NCBI GenBank assembly: GCA_934621385.1
Contig: CAKTUI010000008.1
Location: forward strand, 2,455-66,454
From: an uncultured Kiritimatiellota bacterium
Lineage (GTDB): Bacteria; Verrucomicrobiota; Kiritimatiellia; RFP12; UBA1067
Length of the DNA stretch: 64,000 nucleotides
Direction: 5' to 3'
In this document: positions 19,745-29,362 of the stretch, piece after piece
Numbering within the stretch: the first letter of the stretch is position 1
Layout: each line of letters opens with the position of its first letter
Program-made: the position numbers and the translations under genes
The notes under the pieces: generated by a model
Databases searched by the model: none
What the model saw: the letters and a program-made list of their open reading frames with translations, nothing else
Told to the model about the DNA's origin: nothing

Positions 19745-19945
19745 GAAGTCCTACTTGCAACTCTTGCGCGTTCGAACTGCAACTCGAAAGAGTTCTAAGT
19801 AGAAAACCACCCAGCGGCATGGCGAAACAAACTGCCGCGCCTGTTCACAATCTGTAATGACCAAGGGGAACATTTCCATTGTTCGCCTGCCCCGCTCCTC
19901 AATCGGACCCGAATTTCTTCCACGCCCTGTAAAGCGCGGCACTTT
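19745..19945 (+). repeat. Diverged, inverted copy (R3) of the repeat family
   Basis: The reverse complement carries aaagtgccgcgc ... ggtcat ... cttagaact ... gagttgcaagt in the same order as R1 and R2. It lies upstream of the plus-strand porin gene. Confidence 0.35.
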
Positions 19946-19996
19946 TGATGGCAACGATTTTTCCAAGTCCCCGAAAATCAACGCTGGCCCCTCACT

Positions 19997-20012
19997 TGGC
20001 ACGGCTCGTGCT
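19997..20012 (+). promoter_or_regulatory. Sigma-54-like -24/-12 promoter TGGCACGgctcGTGCT
   Basis: GG and GC are spaced exactly as in the consensus TGGCACG-N4-TTGCW. It lies 67 nt upstream of the porin ATG. Confidence 0.4.
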
Positions 20013-20078
20013 CTCCAATGGGCATCCGCCCCGTGCGGACACCAACCAACACACAAAACCATCAAAAGGGAAAACACG

Positions 20079-20897
20079 ATGAACAGACGAATGGGTCTTG
20101 CGATTCTGAGCGCAACGGCTACTCTCCTCTCCTCAGCCCTGGCCGACGAAAGTGCCGCGCCCGTCGAGGAGTCCCCAAACGACGGACTGCCCCTCTCGGT
20201 CTCCGTCTCGCTTGACGTGCTGAGCGACTACCTGTGGCGCGGGCAAGTCTGCAACGACAATCCCGTTTGGCAGCCGTCCGTCACGCTCACCTACGATGCA
20301 GGCGACTACGGAGCACTTTCGGCCAATGTGTGGTCGACCTTCGACCTAACCCATAAGCAGGGAACCTCGACCGCGAGCCGCCGTTCAGCGGGCCTACAGG
20401 AAATCGACTACACCCTCTCCTACGCCGTCGACCTCTTCGGCGTGGGACTGGAGGTCGGCCACATCTGGTACACCTACCCGAACAGCAATGGGCACAGCGA
20501 TCAGGAACTCTACGCAACCCTCTCCTACGAGAACCCGATCCTCACGCCCAGCGCGTCCGCCTACTGGAACTACTCCGACTCGGCCGGCAACGACCCGGAC
20601 ATGTTCTACTACGCGTTCGCCTTAAGCCACGAGTTCGCCCTCATGGACGACCTTTCGCTTACGCCTTCCGCCTCGCTCGGTTTCGGTGGCAACTCCTGAA
20701 CGGACGGCGCGGGAACGGAACTCACGGGCCAGACCGTCGGCCTCGCCCTCACCTACGCTCTCTGCGAAAACATCTCACTCGGAGCGCAGATCAACTACAC
20801 CTGGCTACCGAGCCATACCCTGCGTCACGCGGACTACATGGGCGAGGGCAAAAACCAACTCTGCTGGGGTGGTGTCAATGTGACATTCAGCTTCTGA
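20079..20897 (+). pseudogene. TorF/Gcw_chp-family outer-membrane beta-barrel gene interrupted by one in-frame TGA (20697-20699)
   Basis: Signal peptide MNRRMGLAILSATATLLSSALA, then LSVSVSLDVLSDYLWRGQ. Directly after the TGA the same frame continues as TDGAGTELTGQ...CWGGVNVTFSF*, ending in a typical OMP C-terminal Phe. The combined length is 272 aa. Confidence 0.65.
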
Positions 20898-20940
20898 TTG
20901 TGCGGCGGGACAAGAAGTTCCGACGACCTATCAACCTGCG

Positions 20941-20977
20941 GCGGCGGAGAACGAGCGAACCTCCGACCGCCCTTTTT
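20941..20977 (+). terminator. Rho-independent terminator downstream of the porin reading frame
   Basis: An imperfect GC stem gcggcggag / ctccgaccgcc is followed by TTTTT. Confidence 0.5.
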
Positions 20978-20991
20978 GTCGTCCCGCGCTT

Positions 20992-21813
20992 TCAGCGGTA
21001 GACAATCTTCGCGTAGTCCTCGCGCTGGACACCACGCGGATAGGACACGGCAGGGAGTCCGAACAGCATCGCGCAGAACGGTGTCGTTCGGCGGATGCCC
21101 ATCGTCTTCTCAAGGAGTTCGGGTATCTCCTTCTGAATCAACTGAAGGAATCCGCACCAGCAGGTGGCAAGCCCATGCGCCGCCGCCAGCATCTCGAAGT
21201 AGGTGCAGGCCGCCGCAACGTCCTCCTGCGCCGAAACAACCGCCTTGTTCGTCTCATCCGAAGTGACGATCAGAAGCCCCGGCGCCCCACGAAAGAAAAT
21301 ATCCGACTTGCCCTCTCGCAGTTTGATTGCTGGAACCGCCAACCAGCGCGGCAGAAGTTTCGACCCATCCCGATGCTCCTCAACGGCATGGATGAATGCC
21401 TGACGGAACGCATCCACGGACTGCCGCGTCGAATAGCAGGTGAACGTGAGCGACCGCGCATTGCATCCCGTCGGCACATTGCCGAGGACGCGCAGAATGT
21501 GGTCAAGCGTCTTCGCATCCACATCGTCCGCCCGGAACTTGCGCACCGAACGGCGCACATGCAACCAGTTCTCAATCTCCTCCGCCGACGGACGCGGCAG
21601 ATTTTTCGTCGCGAGCGAGTTCTCGGGACGATAGCCATCGAAGACAATCGCCCCCTTCGGGCAAATCGCAAAGCAGTGCTGACACTTCATGCACCGCTTC
21701 TCGTCCTTGATGAAGGGATACCCGTCCTCGCCCGTCCTCAGCGCACCGAACGCACAGTCGCGCACACACGCCCCGCACTTGACGCATTCCGCCCGATTCA
21801 AGTCAAACAACAT
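20992..21813 (-). CDS. Nitroreductase-family protein with an N-terminal 2x[4Fe-4S] ferredoxin domain
   Basis: CVKCGACVRDC and CMKCQHCFAICP cluster motifs, followed by a nitroreductase-like body (RRSVRKF). Confidence 0.75.
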   Translation of the reverse strand: MLFDLNRAECVKCGACVRDCAFGALRTGEDGYPFIKDEKRCMKCQHCFAICPKGAIVFDGYRPENSLATKNLPRPSAEEIENWLHVRRSVRKFRADDVDAKTLDHILRVLGNVPTGCNARSLTFTCYSTRQSVDAFRQAFIHAVEEHRDGSKLLPRWLAVPAIKLREGKSDIFFRGAPGLLIVTSDETNKAVVSAQEDVAAACTYFEMLAAAHGLATCWCGFLQLIQKEIPELLEKTMGIRRTTPFCAMLFGLPAVSYPRGVQREDYAKIVYR

Positions 21814-21839
21814 GACGATTCTCCTTTCAGTTGACGCGT

Positions 21840-22556
21840 TTACATCCGCTCGACGAAGGCCCCCGCCGTCCGATCCAGGATGGGAACGAGTTCCTCGAAT
21901 GGAACGCCGCGCACCTCCGCAACCTTCAGGGCGACCTCCTCAATGCGCGGCACTTCCTGCGCATTCTCTTCCGTCGCATCCGTCTCGACCAGAAGGCGAT
22001 CCAGCGGAATCGACTTCACGAGTTCACGATAATTGACGGCGTGGTCGTTGAGAACGGCCGGGCCAACCGAGATGAACCCGTTCAGTCGCACGATGTCAGG
22101 CAAAAGTCCGTCCGAGCGGGAAAAGCCGTGGAAGAGGAAGGCTGGGATTCGCCCCGCATACGGGAGGCACGCCCGGACGACCTCTCCCCAGCACTTCGCG
22201 CCGTGCAACACGACCGGGCGCACGAACTCGGCCGCCAAGTCCAATTGCGCGGCAAAGACTTCGCGCATCAGAGGCGAAATCGTCCGCTCCTTCAGTCGGT
22301 CAAGCCCGATTTCACCGACTCCCAGCGGACCCGACCCATCCGCCAGCCGTTGACGCATCTCGTCAAGAAAAGGGTTCAGTCGCTCCGCCCGAAAGCAATC
22401 CGCGTCAGAAACGCCAATCGCCTGCCACGGGTGAATGCCGATGAACAGCGCATCGCGTCCAAGGACGACACCCTCCGCCCCCTCCTCGGGAGCGCGGCAA
22501 ACGAGATGCCGCCCCACACCCCTCGCAACATGGCAATGCGCGTCCGTCATCCACAA
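21840..22556 (-). CDS. TatD-family metal-dependent hydrolase
   Basis: The N-terminal DAHCH motif and the GEIGLD motif are typical of TatD. Confidence 0.75.
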   Translation of the reverse strand: MWMTDAHCHVARGVGRHLVCRAPEEGAEGVVLGRDALFIGIHPWQAIGVSDADCFRAERLNPFLDEMRQRLADGSGPLGVGEIGLDRLKERTISPLMREVFAAQLDLAAEFVRPVVLHGAKCWGEVVRACLPYAGRIPAFLFHGFSRSDGLLPDIVRLNGFISVGPAVLNDHAVNYRELVKSIPLDRLLVETDATEENAQEVPRIEEVALKVAEVRGVPFEELVPILDRTAGAFVERM

Positions 22557-22562
22557 AATCCA

Positions 22563-25500
22563 TCAGTCGAACTGATGGTAGAAGAGGACGCGTGTGCGAT
22601 GTGGACCATCCGTCTTCAGATCATCCTGCCACACGCTACGGGACATCTGCCGCGAAGTCGTGCTCTTGCCGCTTTCGCTCGACGAACCCGAGCGATACGC
22701 CGGAAGCGGATCGCGCCAGACAAGGGCCACGCCACGTGCCCCAAGCTGCGAATTCGAAATCGCGTCACCCGACGAACCGCCGACAGTCAGAGGCTCGGCG
22801 CGGATGAACACGAGGAAGAGCTGCTGACGATCCTGGAAGCACTCGCGCCAGAACGAATAGAGGAACTTGCGATCCACACCGTGCAGAGGCTCATTCAGGT
22901 CAGAGCTCCCAAGGAAGGAGAGCTGGTTGTCGCCGCTCTTCCCGTCAAACCAGGCAAGATTATCGTAAACGCCCATCCAGGTCACCCGCGAATCTTCACG
23001 GGCGCGTTCACGGAATCCAGTAATCAGACGGTCCGAAATCTCCTCAATCTCGTCATCCTGCCAACGGGCGGTCGACGCACGGCTCTCCGGCCCGAACGCA
23101 TACTTCCGCGCCTCGCTTACCTTCGATGTCAACTTCAGAATCGTCAGTTCGTCATTCGTGCTGGCCACATAGTAGTCGTAGGGTGTATCCTTCACAACCG
23201 CCGCGAGAACGCGTGAATCGGGTGAGAACGGGTTCGCCCTGAAGTCCCCGCTACCGGCGACGATGGGCTTGTTGTTCACCATCAGCTCGTAAATCGGGTC
23301 GTAGCCGTTGCCATGGTCGACGGGCGTGTAGGTCTTCCACGCGTAGTTAATGTTCGCAATGCCGCTCCACGTGCGCTCGTTGAACTTGTTGTTGCCCGTG
23401 TAGCGCCCCTTGTTGTTATAACTGCCGCGCCCAATCAACTCGGCCGTCCCGTCCAGTTCCTGTAGGTTGGGAAGGAAGGCGAGCTCTCCCATCGACTGCA
23501 GGTACTCCTGATCGCTCGTGAACATGAAGATGTCACTGTCGCGCCCACCCGAACCGAAAGCGCCGCCCGAACCTGTCGTGGTATCAGCCCCAAGAGCCGT
23601 GAGCCACGAATTCGGCGTGACATCACCACCGCTCTCCTTCTTGCCGAACCAGTCCTCCGGCGCAAAGTTAAAGCGCGGGTCGGTCGCATACAATTCCGAC
23701 CAGCCGTCCAGATTCGCCGCCGTGCCGTCCAAGGTCTTCAAACCATCCTCATTGTACTTGAACACCTTGTCCGTCACAAAGTCCAAAATCGGCGTACCGC
23801 CGCCCGCCAACTCGTCCATTGTCGGGTTGTCCTTCAGCGACCCGTACGAAACGCCCTGGAGCCAGTCCTCGTCATCCGCAAAAACCGCCGGTGCAAGGTC
23901 AACCGTATCGCTACCATTCAGCACACGCACCCAAACCGCCACCATCGGACGGTACTCAGCAGCACTCGTGAACGTAATCTTGCTCTGCTCACTGCCGGTT
24001 TCAAGCGCCGCCTTCTCCAAAATCTCCTTCTGATAGCCGCCGGAGAACAAGTTCCCCGTCTCGACCTTCTGTCCCGTCGTGCCGTAGACGACGAAGGCGT
24101 TGCCCTCCTGCGTCGAATCGGCCGTTTTGAACGGATCAAAGGTCATGTGCGCCGGTTCTCCGTCGTCGTCCTGCTGGGTAACATCCTGGTCGGTAACCGA
24201 GAAGTAAAGCGAACTCTCAACCTCGCTCGGGGCCTGCAGCGGAACCGAGAACTGCGTCAGCGCATCCGTCGTCTTCGTGATATTCTCGGGGAACGGGAGA
24301 TTGGCCGATCCCTTGAAGAAGAGGATGCCGTCCCGCGTTCCACCGCTCCAGTCGTTCTTCGTTGGGCGAATCGGGGAGGATGCGTCCAATCGGCACGAAA
24401 TGTTCTTGTCGGCCATAAAAACCGCCGCGACAGCTTCAACGCGGTAGGTTCCCTTGCGACCACTGTCCACGCGCTTGAACGGAAACGCCGCAACACCCGT
24501 CAACATCAGGGTGCTCGCGCCAATGCCCTTGTAGGCGGTGCGCGAAATCGTCCGCTGGATGGTGTGCGGTCTGCCCTGCGCGTCATTCTTCGTGTACTCG
24601 AACGTCTTCCAGCCAGGCGACTCCTCGACTTTCGGCATGAGCGAACTCGGACCGGTGCTGATAAGCCCAAGACCGCAGACCATCGGCGCGGTCTCGACCG
24701 TCGGTATCGCCAGCGAAATCGGAATCTGGTCCGCGTCAAGATAGTCGTAAAGGCAGGCAAAGCCGATGCCGAGGTTCTTCTGCAACTCCCGCCCCAATTC
24801 GGTCGACGAACCGCTCTTCGCCAAGTCAAGGAACGACGCGGCACTGTACGAGCGGAAAGGCTGATTCTCCTTCTTGGCCGAAATGTCGTGCATCTCGACC
24901 TCCTTAGCCGTACCAACGGCATTCGTCGCCGGGAACCAGGTGTCGACAACGAAGAGCGCATTGGAGATGTACGCCTCATCGCCCGCATTGTAGAACGAGC
25001 CACCGTTGGAGCCGATGTACTGGGCAAACGGCGTAAACGGACCGTCCCCGACAAGGTTGAAGTCAGCGAGCGAGACGAACGGCACGGTGTTTGCCTGCTG
25101 GAGAACCGAATCCAACGCACTTCCATTAGAGTCGAACAGCGAAGAGAGGTTGACGCGCATACCCGGTGCGGACGAGCGACGCTCGGTCGCCCGCAGGCGG
25201 TTGATGTCAAAGCAGTCCGACACGTCGACCGCCGTAAAGGCATAACGCCCGAGGTCGTAAGAGAGGTTTCTCCAGGCAGCCGTGCGCGACAGGCGCGAGT
25301 AGACGCGCACCTCGTTGATGATCGCCGGTGGAAGATAGGCGAGCCCCTCCAGCGTCAGCGTCGAAACGGTCGATGCGCTGTTCGTCAAGCCGAACGGCGT
25401 GAAGACACGGTGCGTCCAAAGGTCACCGTTCTGCCAGTCCATGAGCTTCTGCGCCGGGCCGACGCCCGGGTAGACGTCGTTGTAGACACCCTCAACATAG

Positions 25501-25718
25501 CCGTTGTCGTTCAGTTCGCCGTCAATGCGCGAAATGGCGTTCGCAAGGGCCGATTTCAGCAAGTAGCGTGCCGTCGATTCGCGGCGGAGGTGACTGGACG
25601 GCGCACGGCTCGTGCGCATGTAAATGGAAAAGCCGACCGCGCTCACCACCATGAAGGAGAGCATACCGAGCACAATCAGGAGGGCACTGCCCGCTCTTTC
25701 TTTCATCATCTTACTCAT
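22563..25718 (-). CDS. Giant GspK-like minor pseudopilin (1051 aa)
   Basis: The N-terminus KERAGSALLIVLGMLSFMVVSAV resembles the GspK/PilX-type membrane anchor. Last gene of the pseudopilin operon (ATGA overlap). Confidence 0.5.
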   Translation of the reverse strand: MSKMMKERAGSALLIVLGMLSFMVVSAVGFSIYMRTSRAPSSHLRRESTARYLLKSALANAISRIDGELNDNGYVEGVYNDVYPGVGPAQKLMDWQNGDLWTHRVFTPFGLTNSASTVSTLTLEGLAYLPPAIINEVRVYSRLSRTAAWRNLSYDLGRYAFTAVDVSDCFDINRLRATERRSSAPGMRVNLSSLFDSNGSALDSVLQQANTVPFVSLADFNLVGDGPFTPFAQYIGSNGGSFYNAGDEAYISNALFVVDTWFPATNAVGTAKEVEMHDISAKKENQPFRSYSAASFLDLAKSGSSTELGRELQKNLGIGFACLYDYLDADQIPISLAIPTVETAPMVCGLGLISTGPSSLMPKVEESPGWKTFEYTKNDAQGRPHTIQRTISRTAYKGIGASTLMLTGVAAFPFKRVDSGRKGTYRVEAVAAVFMADKNISCRLDASSPIRPTKNDWSGGTRDGILFFKGSANLPFPENITKTTDALTQFSVPLQAPSEVESSLYFSVTDQDVTQQDDDGEPAHMTFDPFKTADSTQEGNAFVVYGTTGQKVETGNLFSGGYQKEILEKAALETGSEQSKITFTSAAEYRPMVAVWVRVLNGSDTVDLAPAVFADDEDWLQGVSYGSLKDNPTMDELAGGGTPILDFVTDKVFKYNEDGLKTLDGTAANLDGWSELYATDPRFNFAPEDWFGKKESGGDVTPNSWLTALGADTTTGSGGAFGSGGRDSDIFMFTSDQEYLQSMGELAFLPNLQELDGTAELIGRGSYNNKGRYTGNNKFNERTWSGIANINYAWKTYTPVDHGNGYDPIYELMVNNKPIVAGSGDFRANPFSPDSRVLAAVVKDTPYDYYVASTNDELTILKLTSKVSEARKYAFGPESRASTARWQDDEIEEISDRLITGFRERAREDSRVTWMGVYDNLAWFDGKSGDNQLSFLGSSDLNEPLHGVDRKFLYSFWRECFQDRQQLFLVFIRAEPLTVGGSSGDAISNSQLGARGVALVWRDPLPAYRSGSSSESGKSTTSRQMSRSVWQDDLKTDGPHRTRVLFYHQFD

Positions 25719-26212
25719 TTGCTACCTCCCTCAATCGTCCGCGAACGCTCGCGATCCGTCAGGCGGTAGTAATTCGGCAGGGCGAGGGCCGTCTCGAACG
25801 ACGATGTGCTGTCGGTGAGTTCGGCCGTCTTGTCAATCATGTACTGGTAGGGCGTACCCCACGGGTCGCGCAACTCGCCGTTCTTCACCATCGCATTGAA
25901 GAGGACGGGTATCTTCTCGCCGTTCGCCCCGGTCTCGCCGCCGAGAATCATCTTCATATTGCCTTCGCTGCACGAGGTCCAGCTCGGGCTCATCACTCGA
26001 TCCAGCGTATGCCCGACGGCATACTGCTCGTAGGCAAGAATCGCATTCGTCATCTCGCGCACCTCCTGCGTCGCACGGGCAATCCGCGCACGCTCACGCG
26101 CCTTCTGAACCGAGGCCGTCATCGACCCCATGATAATGGCAATCATCGCGATGACAACAATCATCTCGACAAGGGTAAAACCTGTGCGCATTCTGTCGGT
26201 CACTCGTCCCAT
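25715..26212 (-). CDS. gspG: Type II secretion major pseudopilin GspG-like
   Basis: Prepilin leader plus GFTLVEMIVVIAMIAIIMG. Contains the GspG-like LRDPWGTPYQY motif. Confidence 0.65.
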   Translation of the reverse strand: MGRVTDRMRTGFTLVEMIVVIAMIAIIMGSMTASVQKARERARIARATQEVREMTNAILAYEQYAVGHTLDRVMSPSWTSCSEGNMKMILGGETGANGEKIPVLFNAMVKNGELRDPWGTPYQYMIDKTAELTDSTSSFETALALPNYYRLTDRERSRTIEGGSK

Positions 26213-26709
26213 CAGTACACCTCATCCGGCCAAGTCGTGATGTCGTCCTCCGTGCCGAACTCCTTGTCCGGCCCGGCACTGCGGACACCCACCGTGAACA
26301 ATCCAGAGCCAACCATCTGCCCGTTCGAGAGCGTCTTGGGGCTACCCTTCTTCGCATCTGACAGATTGAAGGCCGGTGCGGTATCCCACTGAATCTGCTC
26401 GTAGGCTCGCCCCGTATCCGTCCGCAGCGCAACGGTCCCGTTTTCGTCATTGAGGATGGAGACTGTACGATAAGTCAGCGGACGGTTATCACCCGAAGCC
26501 GAGAGCGAGCCAAGGCCTGGCAGAGCCTCGTCGCGAATCTCGTGCGCGATACCAAGCTGTCGGCGGACCGTCTGCAGTTTCGCGACACCAGCCGTGCCCG
26601 TGCGCCAAGCGATGGACGACGAGTTGAAGAGCATCGTCAGAATCGTCACGAGAATACCCAAGAGGAGACTCGCGACCAGCAGCTCAATCAGTGTAAAACC
26701 GCGTCTCAT
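26212..26709 (-). CDS. Prepilin-type N-terminal cleavage/methylation domain pseudopilin
   Basis: MRRGFTLIELLVASLLLGILV; C-terminal SAGPDKEFGTEDDI. Confidence 0.7.
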   Translation of the reverse strand: MRRGFTLIELLVASLLLGILVTILTMLFNSSSIAWRTGTAGVAKLQTVRRQLGIAHEIRDEALPGLGSLSASGDNRPLTYRTVSILNDENGTVALRTDTGRAYEQIQWDTAPAFNLSDAKKGSPKTLSNGQMVGSGLFTVGVRSAGPDKEFGTEDDITTWPDEVY

Positions 26710-27296
26710 TTGCTCGGATCTCCTTGGAAGTGGACCTCGCTGACGAAAATCGGCTGCGTCATCAGCGTCTCCTTGCGCCGCGCAATGCGGAAGGCCAGCT
26801 GCACGACCGCGCCACGCCGCGTCACGACCAGCCCGTACTGGTAGCCGCTGTCAATCGACGGATTCCCCGCGCAATACTCACTCGGCACCTTGCCGCGCAC
26901 ATTCCCAAACACACCGTCCGCCGTCGACCTCGGGTTGCCGCTGACGCGGTAGGTCACCTCATCGCCATTCTTGTACTCCTGGACATAGGCCGACCAGCCG
27001 CCCGACGGCCAAACCGCATCCGCGATGCCACGGTTCTTTGCCTCACCGCTCACGTCCGCGCCAATCTGCGTCCACGCCGTCCATGTCATGTTCGTCGCCG
27101 AAAGACCCGTAATCAGCGGTGCAAGATAGGCATCGGCAAATGCTGCGGATGCCACGTCCTCCACACTCTGACGGTTCTCACGGTAGCCGAGCGTATAGAG
27201 CGAGCACATCGAAAGCACGCCGACCGCCATAATGAAGATCGCCAAATTGACCTCCATCAGCGTAAAGCCGGCCCTTTGGAATGTTTTCCTCATCAT
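26706..27296 (-). CDS. Prepilin-type pseudopilin (GspI-like N-terminus)
   Basis: QRAGFTLMEVNLAIFIMAVGVLSM. Confidence 0.6.
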   Translation of the reverse strand: MMRKTFQRAGFTLMEVNLAIFIMAVGVLSMCSLYTLGYRENRQSVEDVASAAFADAYLAPLITGLSATNMTWTAWTQIGADVSGEAKNRGIADAVWPSGGWSAYVQEYKNGDEVTYRVSGNPRSTADGVFGNVRGKVPSEYCAGNPSIDSGYQYGLVVTRRGAVVQLAFRIARRKETLMTQPIFVSEVHFQGDPSK

Positions 27297-28123
27297 ACCG
27301 CCTTGTCCTCATCCGCCGAAGCCGTCCCCGCCTTGTGCCAGCGTTCCGGCATTCCGCTTGCATTCGGCCGCGTTGTGTAGACGTCAATCGTCGGCGTCTT
27401 GTCCTCGCTCGGGTCAAAGTAGATGACCGTCGGATCCGAAATCGTCCCGACGTCGGTTGGAATCGACGTGCCGAAGATGTAGCCGTGCGGCAGCTGAAGT
27501 TCACCCATCTCGAACGCGTAGGGCGTCCCAGCCGTCCAAGCCGTCGGCTCGCGTCGGCTCTGGTTCAAGTTGTAGAAGGCACTGCCGCAGACATTCGTCG
27601 TCTTGCCAATCGAGAAGAGATAGGCCGCCAGCCGATTGTCGCGATCCTTCTTGTAGACGGCATCCGCCACAATCGAGTACTGCATCCGCCCGCCGTTCTT
27701 GGACGGGAAGCGGTAGAGTTTCATGCCGCGTCGCTTGGCGAGCTCGGACTCGTCGTCGGTTGCCTCGTACACGAGGTCAAGGTCGCCGAACTCATCGTAG
27801 AGGAAGTTGTTCGCCGCCATTGTGATGCGCCCCGACCGGCGCACCGCCGTCATTACGCCCACGACCACCGCGTTCTCGTCCTCCGCACCGCTCGTATCCC
27901 TCAGCAACCGATTGTAGCAGAAAACCGCCGTCGGGACGCGATCGACCGCCGCACGCTCCTTCGCAGAGCGTAGCAGGGCCGAGGCCGCCGCGACGGCACT
28001 GCGCTCGTTCATACCGCGCACGAGCGCATTGTAGCCACCGGCCGCAGCAACGCCAAGCATCGCCATAATGGCCATGACCACGAGTAGTTCAATGAGTGTG
28101 AAAGCCTTGCGCATAGTCGTCAT
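27293..28123 (-). CDS. Prepilin-type pseudopilin
   Basis: The real start MTTMRKAFTLIELLVVMAIMAMLG is at 28123. The tracked ORF adds 60 spurious codons that overlap the upstream gene. Confidence 0.7.
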   Translation of the reverse strand: MTTMRKAFTLIELLVVMAIMAMLGVAAAGGYNALVRGMNERSAVAAASALLRSAKERAAVDRVPTAVFCYNRLLRDTSGAEDENAVVVGVMTAVRRSGRITMAANNFLYDEFGDLDLVYEATDDESELAKRRGMKLYRFPSKNGGRMQYSIVADAVYKKDRDNRLAAYLFSIGKTTNVCGSAFYNLNQSRREPTAWTAGTPYAFEMGELQLPHGYIFGTSIPTDVGTISDPTVIYFDPSEDKTPTIDVYTTRPNASGMPERWHKAGTASADEDKAV

Positions 28124-28740
28124 CACTTGTTCGGGTTCTCCTTGCTCACGCTGACGGAGTCTGTCTTCCCATTGTAGGTAATCCAGAAGCGGCGAAACCG
28201 CGCCTCCTCCGTCCCCTGGTAGCCAAAGGCGAGGTTCGAGAACGGGATGTAGAACTTGCCATTGCGGTTGGCCGCCGTCATGAAGTCCATACCCGAAATG
28301 CACTTCTTGTCACCACAGAAGGTGGTCTTGTTGCGGTTCGAGTGGTTATCGTAGCACCCCTCACCGTTGTTGCCGAGGCGGCTCGCATTCGCAACGAAAA
28401 GCGCGGACGCGTCAACGAGCACCGACCGCCGCCCACCACCCTTGCCGAACGCCTTGCCGACGACCTGCCGAAGGATGTCGTCCGTCTCGGATGGCGTGAA
28501 TGTGTAGGTGTCGGTCGTCATGCTCCCGGCCCTCGACTCAATCGCATCCGGCCAGACGCCCTCCTGTGCGTAGTAAGCCGCAATGCCCTGCTCCAGCGCC
28601 ACGCGCATCGCGTCCGCTCTCTTGCTCCGGGCATTGCGCACGGCCCCGGACGCGGCAACCGTGACAATGCCGACCAGGACGGCGATCACCGCGACCACCA
28701 TCATCAGCTCAATCAGGGTAAAGGCCTTTCTTACCTTCAT
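28123..28740 (-). CDS. Prepilin-type pseudopilin
   Basis: MKVRKAFTLIELMMVVAVIAVLVG. Confidence 0.7.
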   Translation of the reverse strand: MKVRKAFTLIELMMVVAVIAVLVGIVTVAASGAVRNARSKRADAMRVALEQGIAAYYAQEGVWPDAIESRAGSMTTDTYTFTPSETDDILRQVVGKAFGKGGGRRSVLVDASALFVANASRLGNNGEGCYDNHSNRNKTTFCGDKKCISGMDFMTAANRNGKFYIPFSNLAFGYQGTEEARFRRFWITYNGKTDSVSVSKENPNK

Positions 28741-29357
28741 CTTACCTCCTGTCCCTTCGCCCAGCTGCGGATGTCGTCCTTTGTGCCGAACTTACCATCC
28801 ATGCCCGCGCACCAAACGACCGCGCTCGCCCGCACATTCACCGTACCGTAGCCCTCGGGACTCGCCCGCACGATGCCGTCCATGTCGTCGTCAATTGCAA
28901 AGCGCAGGCGGTGATCCTGAATCGTGCCGCCCGACGGGACCTTCGCGCTGAGGCTCACCGAGCCCCTCGCCGCCAGCCGCTTGATGGTGTCGTGCGCCCA
29001 GGGCGAGACGATGCCGCATTGGTCGAGTCCCGACAGCTCGTAGCGCGTGATGCCCTGGTCGTCGGTCGTCTGCTTGTAGGTCAGCGACATTGCGCCGCGC
29101 CGCGCAAGTGCCGCGCCCACGCGGGGCGTCATCTCGCCGTTGCCGCTCGCGCCTTCGCTCAGAATCGTGCGCGGCCAGGATCCCTCCTTCTGGAGGACGG
29201 CTGTCAGCGCGGTCGCAACCTCGCTCACCAGCTCCTGCCCCTTCGCACGTTGCGCCTTGCGCACAACGCCCTGGTACCCGACCAACGACGCACCCGCCAG
29301 CGCGGCGATGATTCCCACGACAACCAGCATCTCAACAAGTGTAAAGGCCTTCTTCAT
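28737..29357 (-). CDS. Prepilin-type pseudopilin
   Basis: MKKAFTLVEMLVVVGIIAALAG; C-terminal CAGMDGKFGTKDDI. Confidence 0.7.
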   Translation of the reverse strand: MKKAFTLVEMLVVVGIIAALAGASLVGYQGVVRKAQRAKGQELVSEVATALTAVLQKEGSWPRTILSEGASGNGEMTPRVGAALARRGAMSLTYKQTTDDQGITRYELSGLDQCGIVSPWAHDTIKRLAARGSVSLSAKVPSGGTIQDHRLRFAIDDDMDGIVRASPEGYGTVNVRASAVVWCAGMDGKFGTKDDIRSWAKGQEVR

Positions 29358-29362
29358 AATCG

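Noticed and set aside
20697-20699. The in-frame TGA in the porin gene as selenocysteine or genetic-code reassignment.
   Set aside because: TGA is used as a genuine stop by several well-supported genes here, for example at 18266, 28123 and 50406. I see no SECIS-like hairpin immediately downstream. A redox residue in an outer-membrane beta-barrel strand is implausible.
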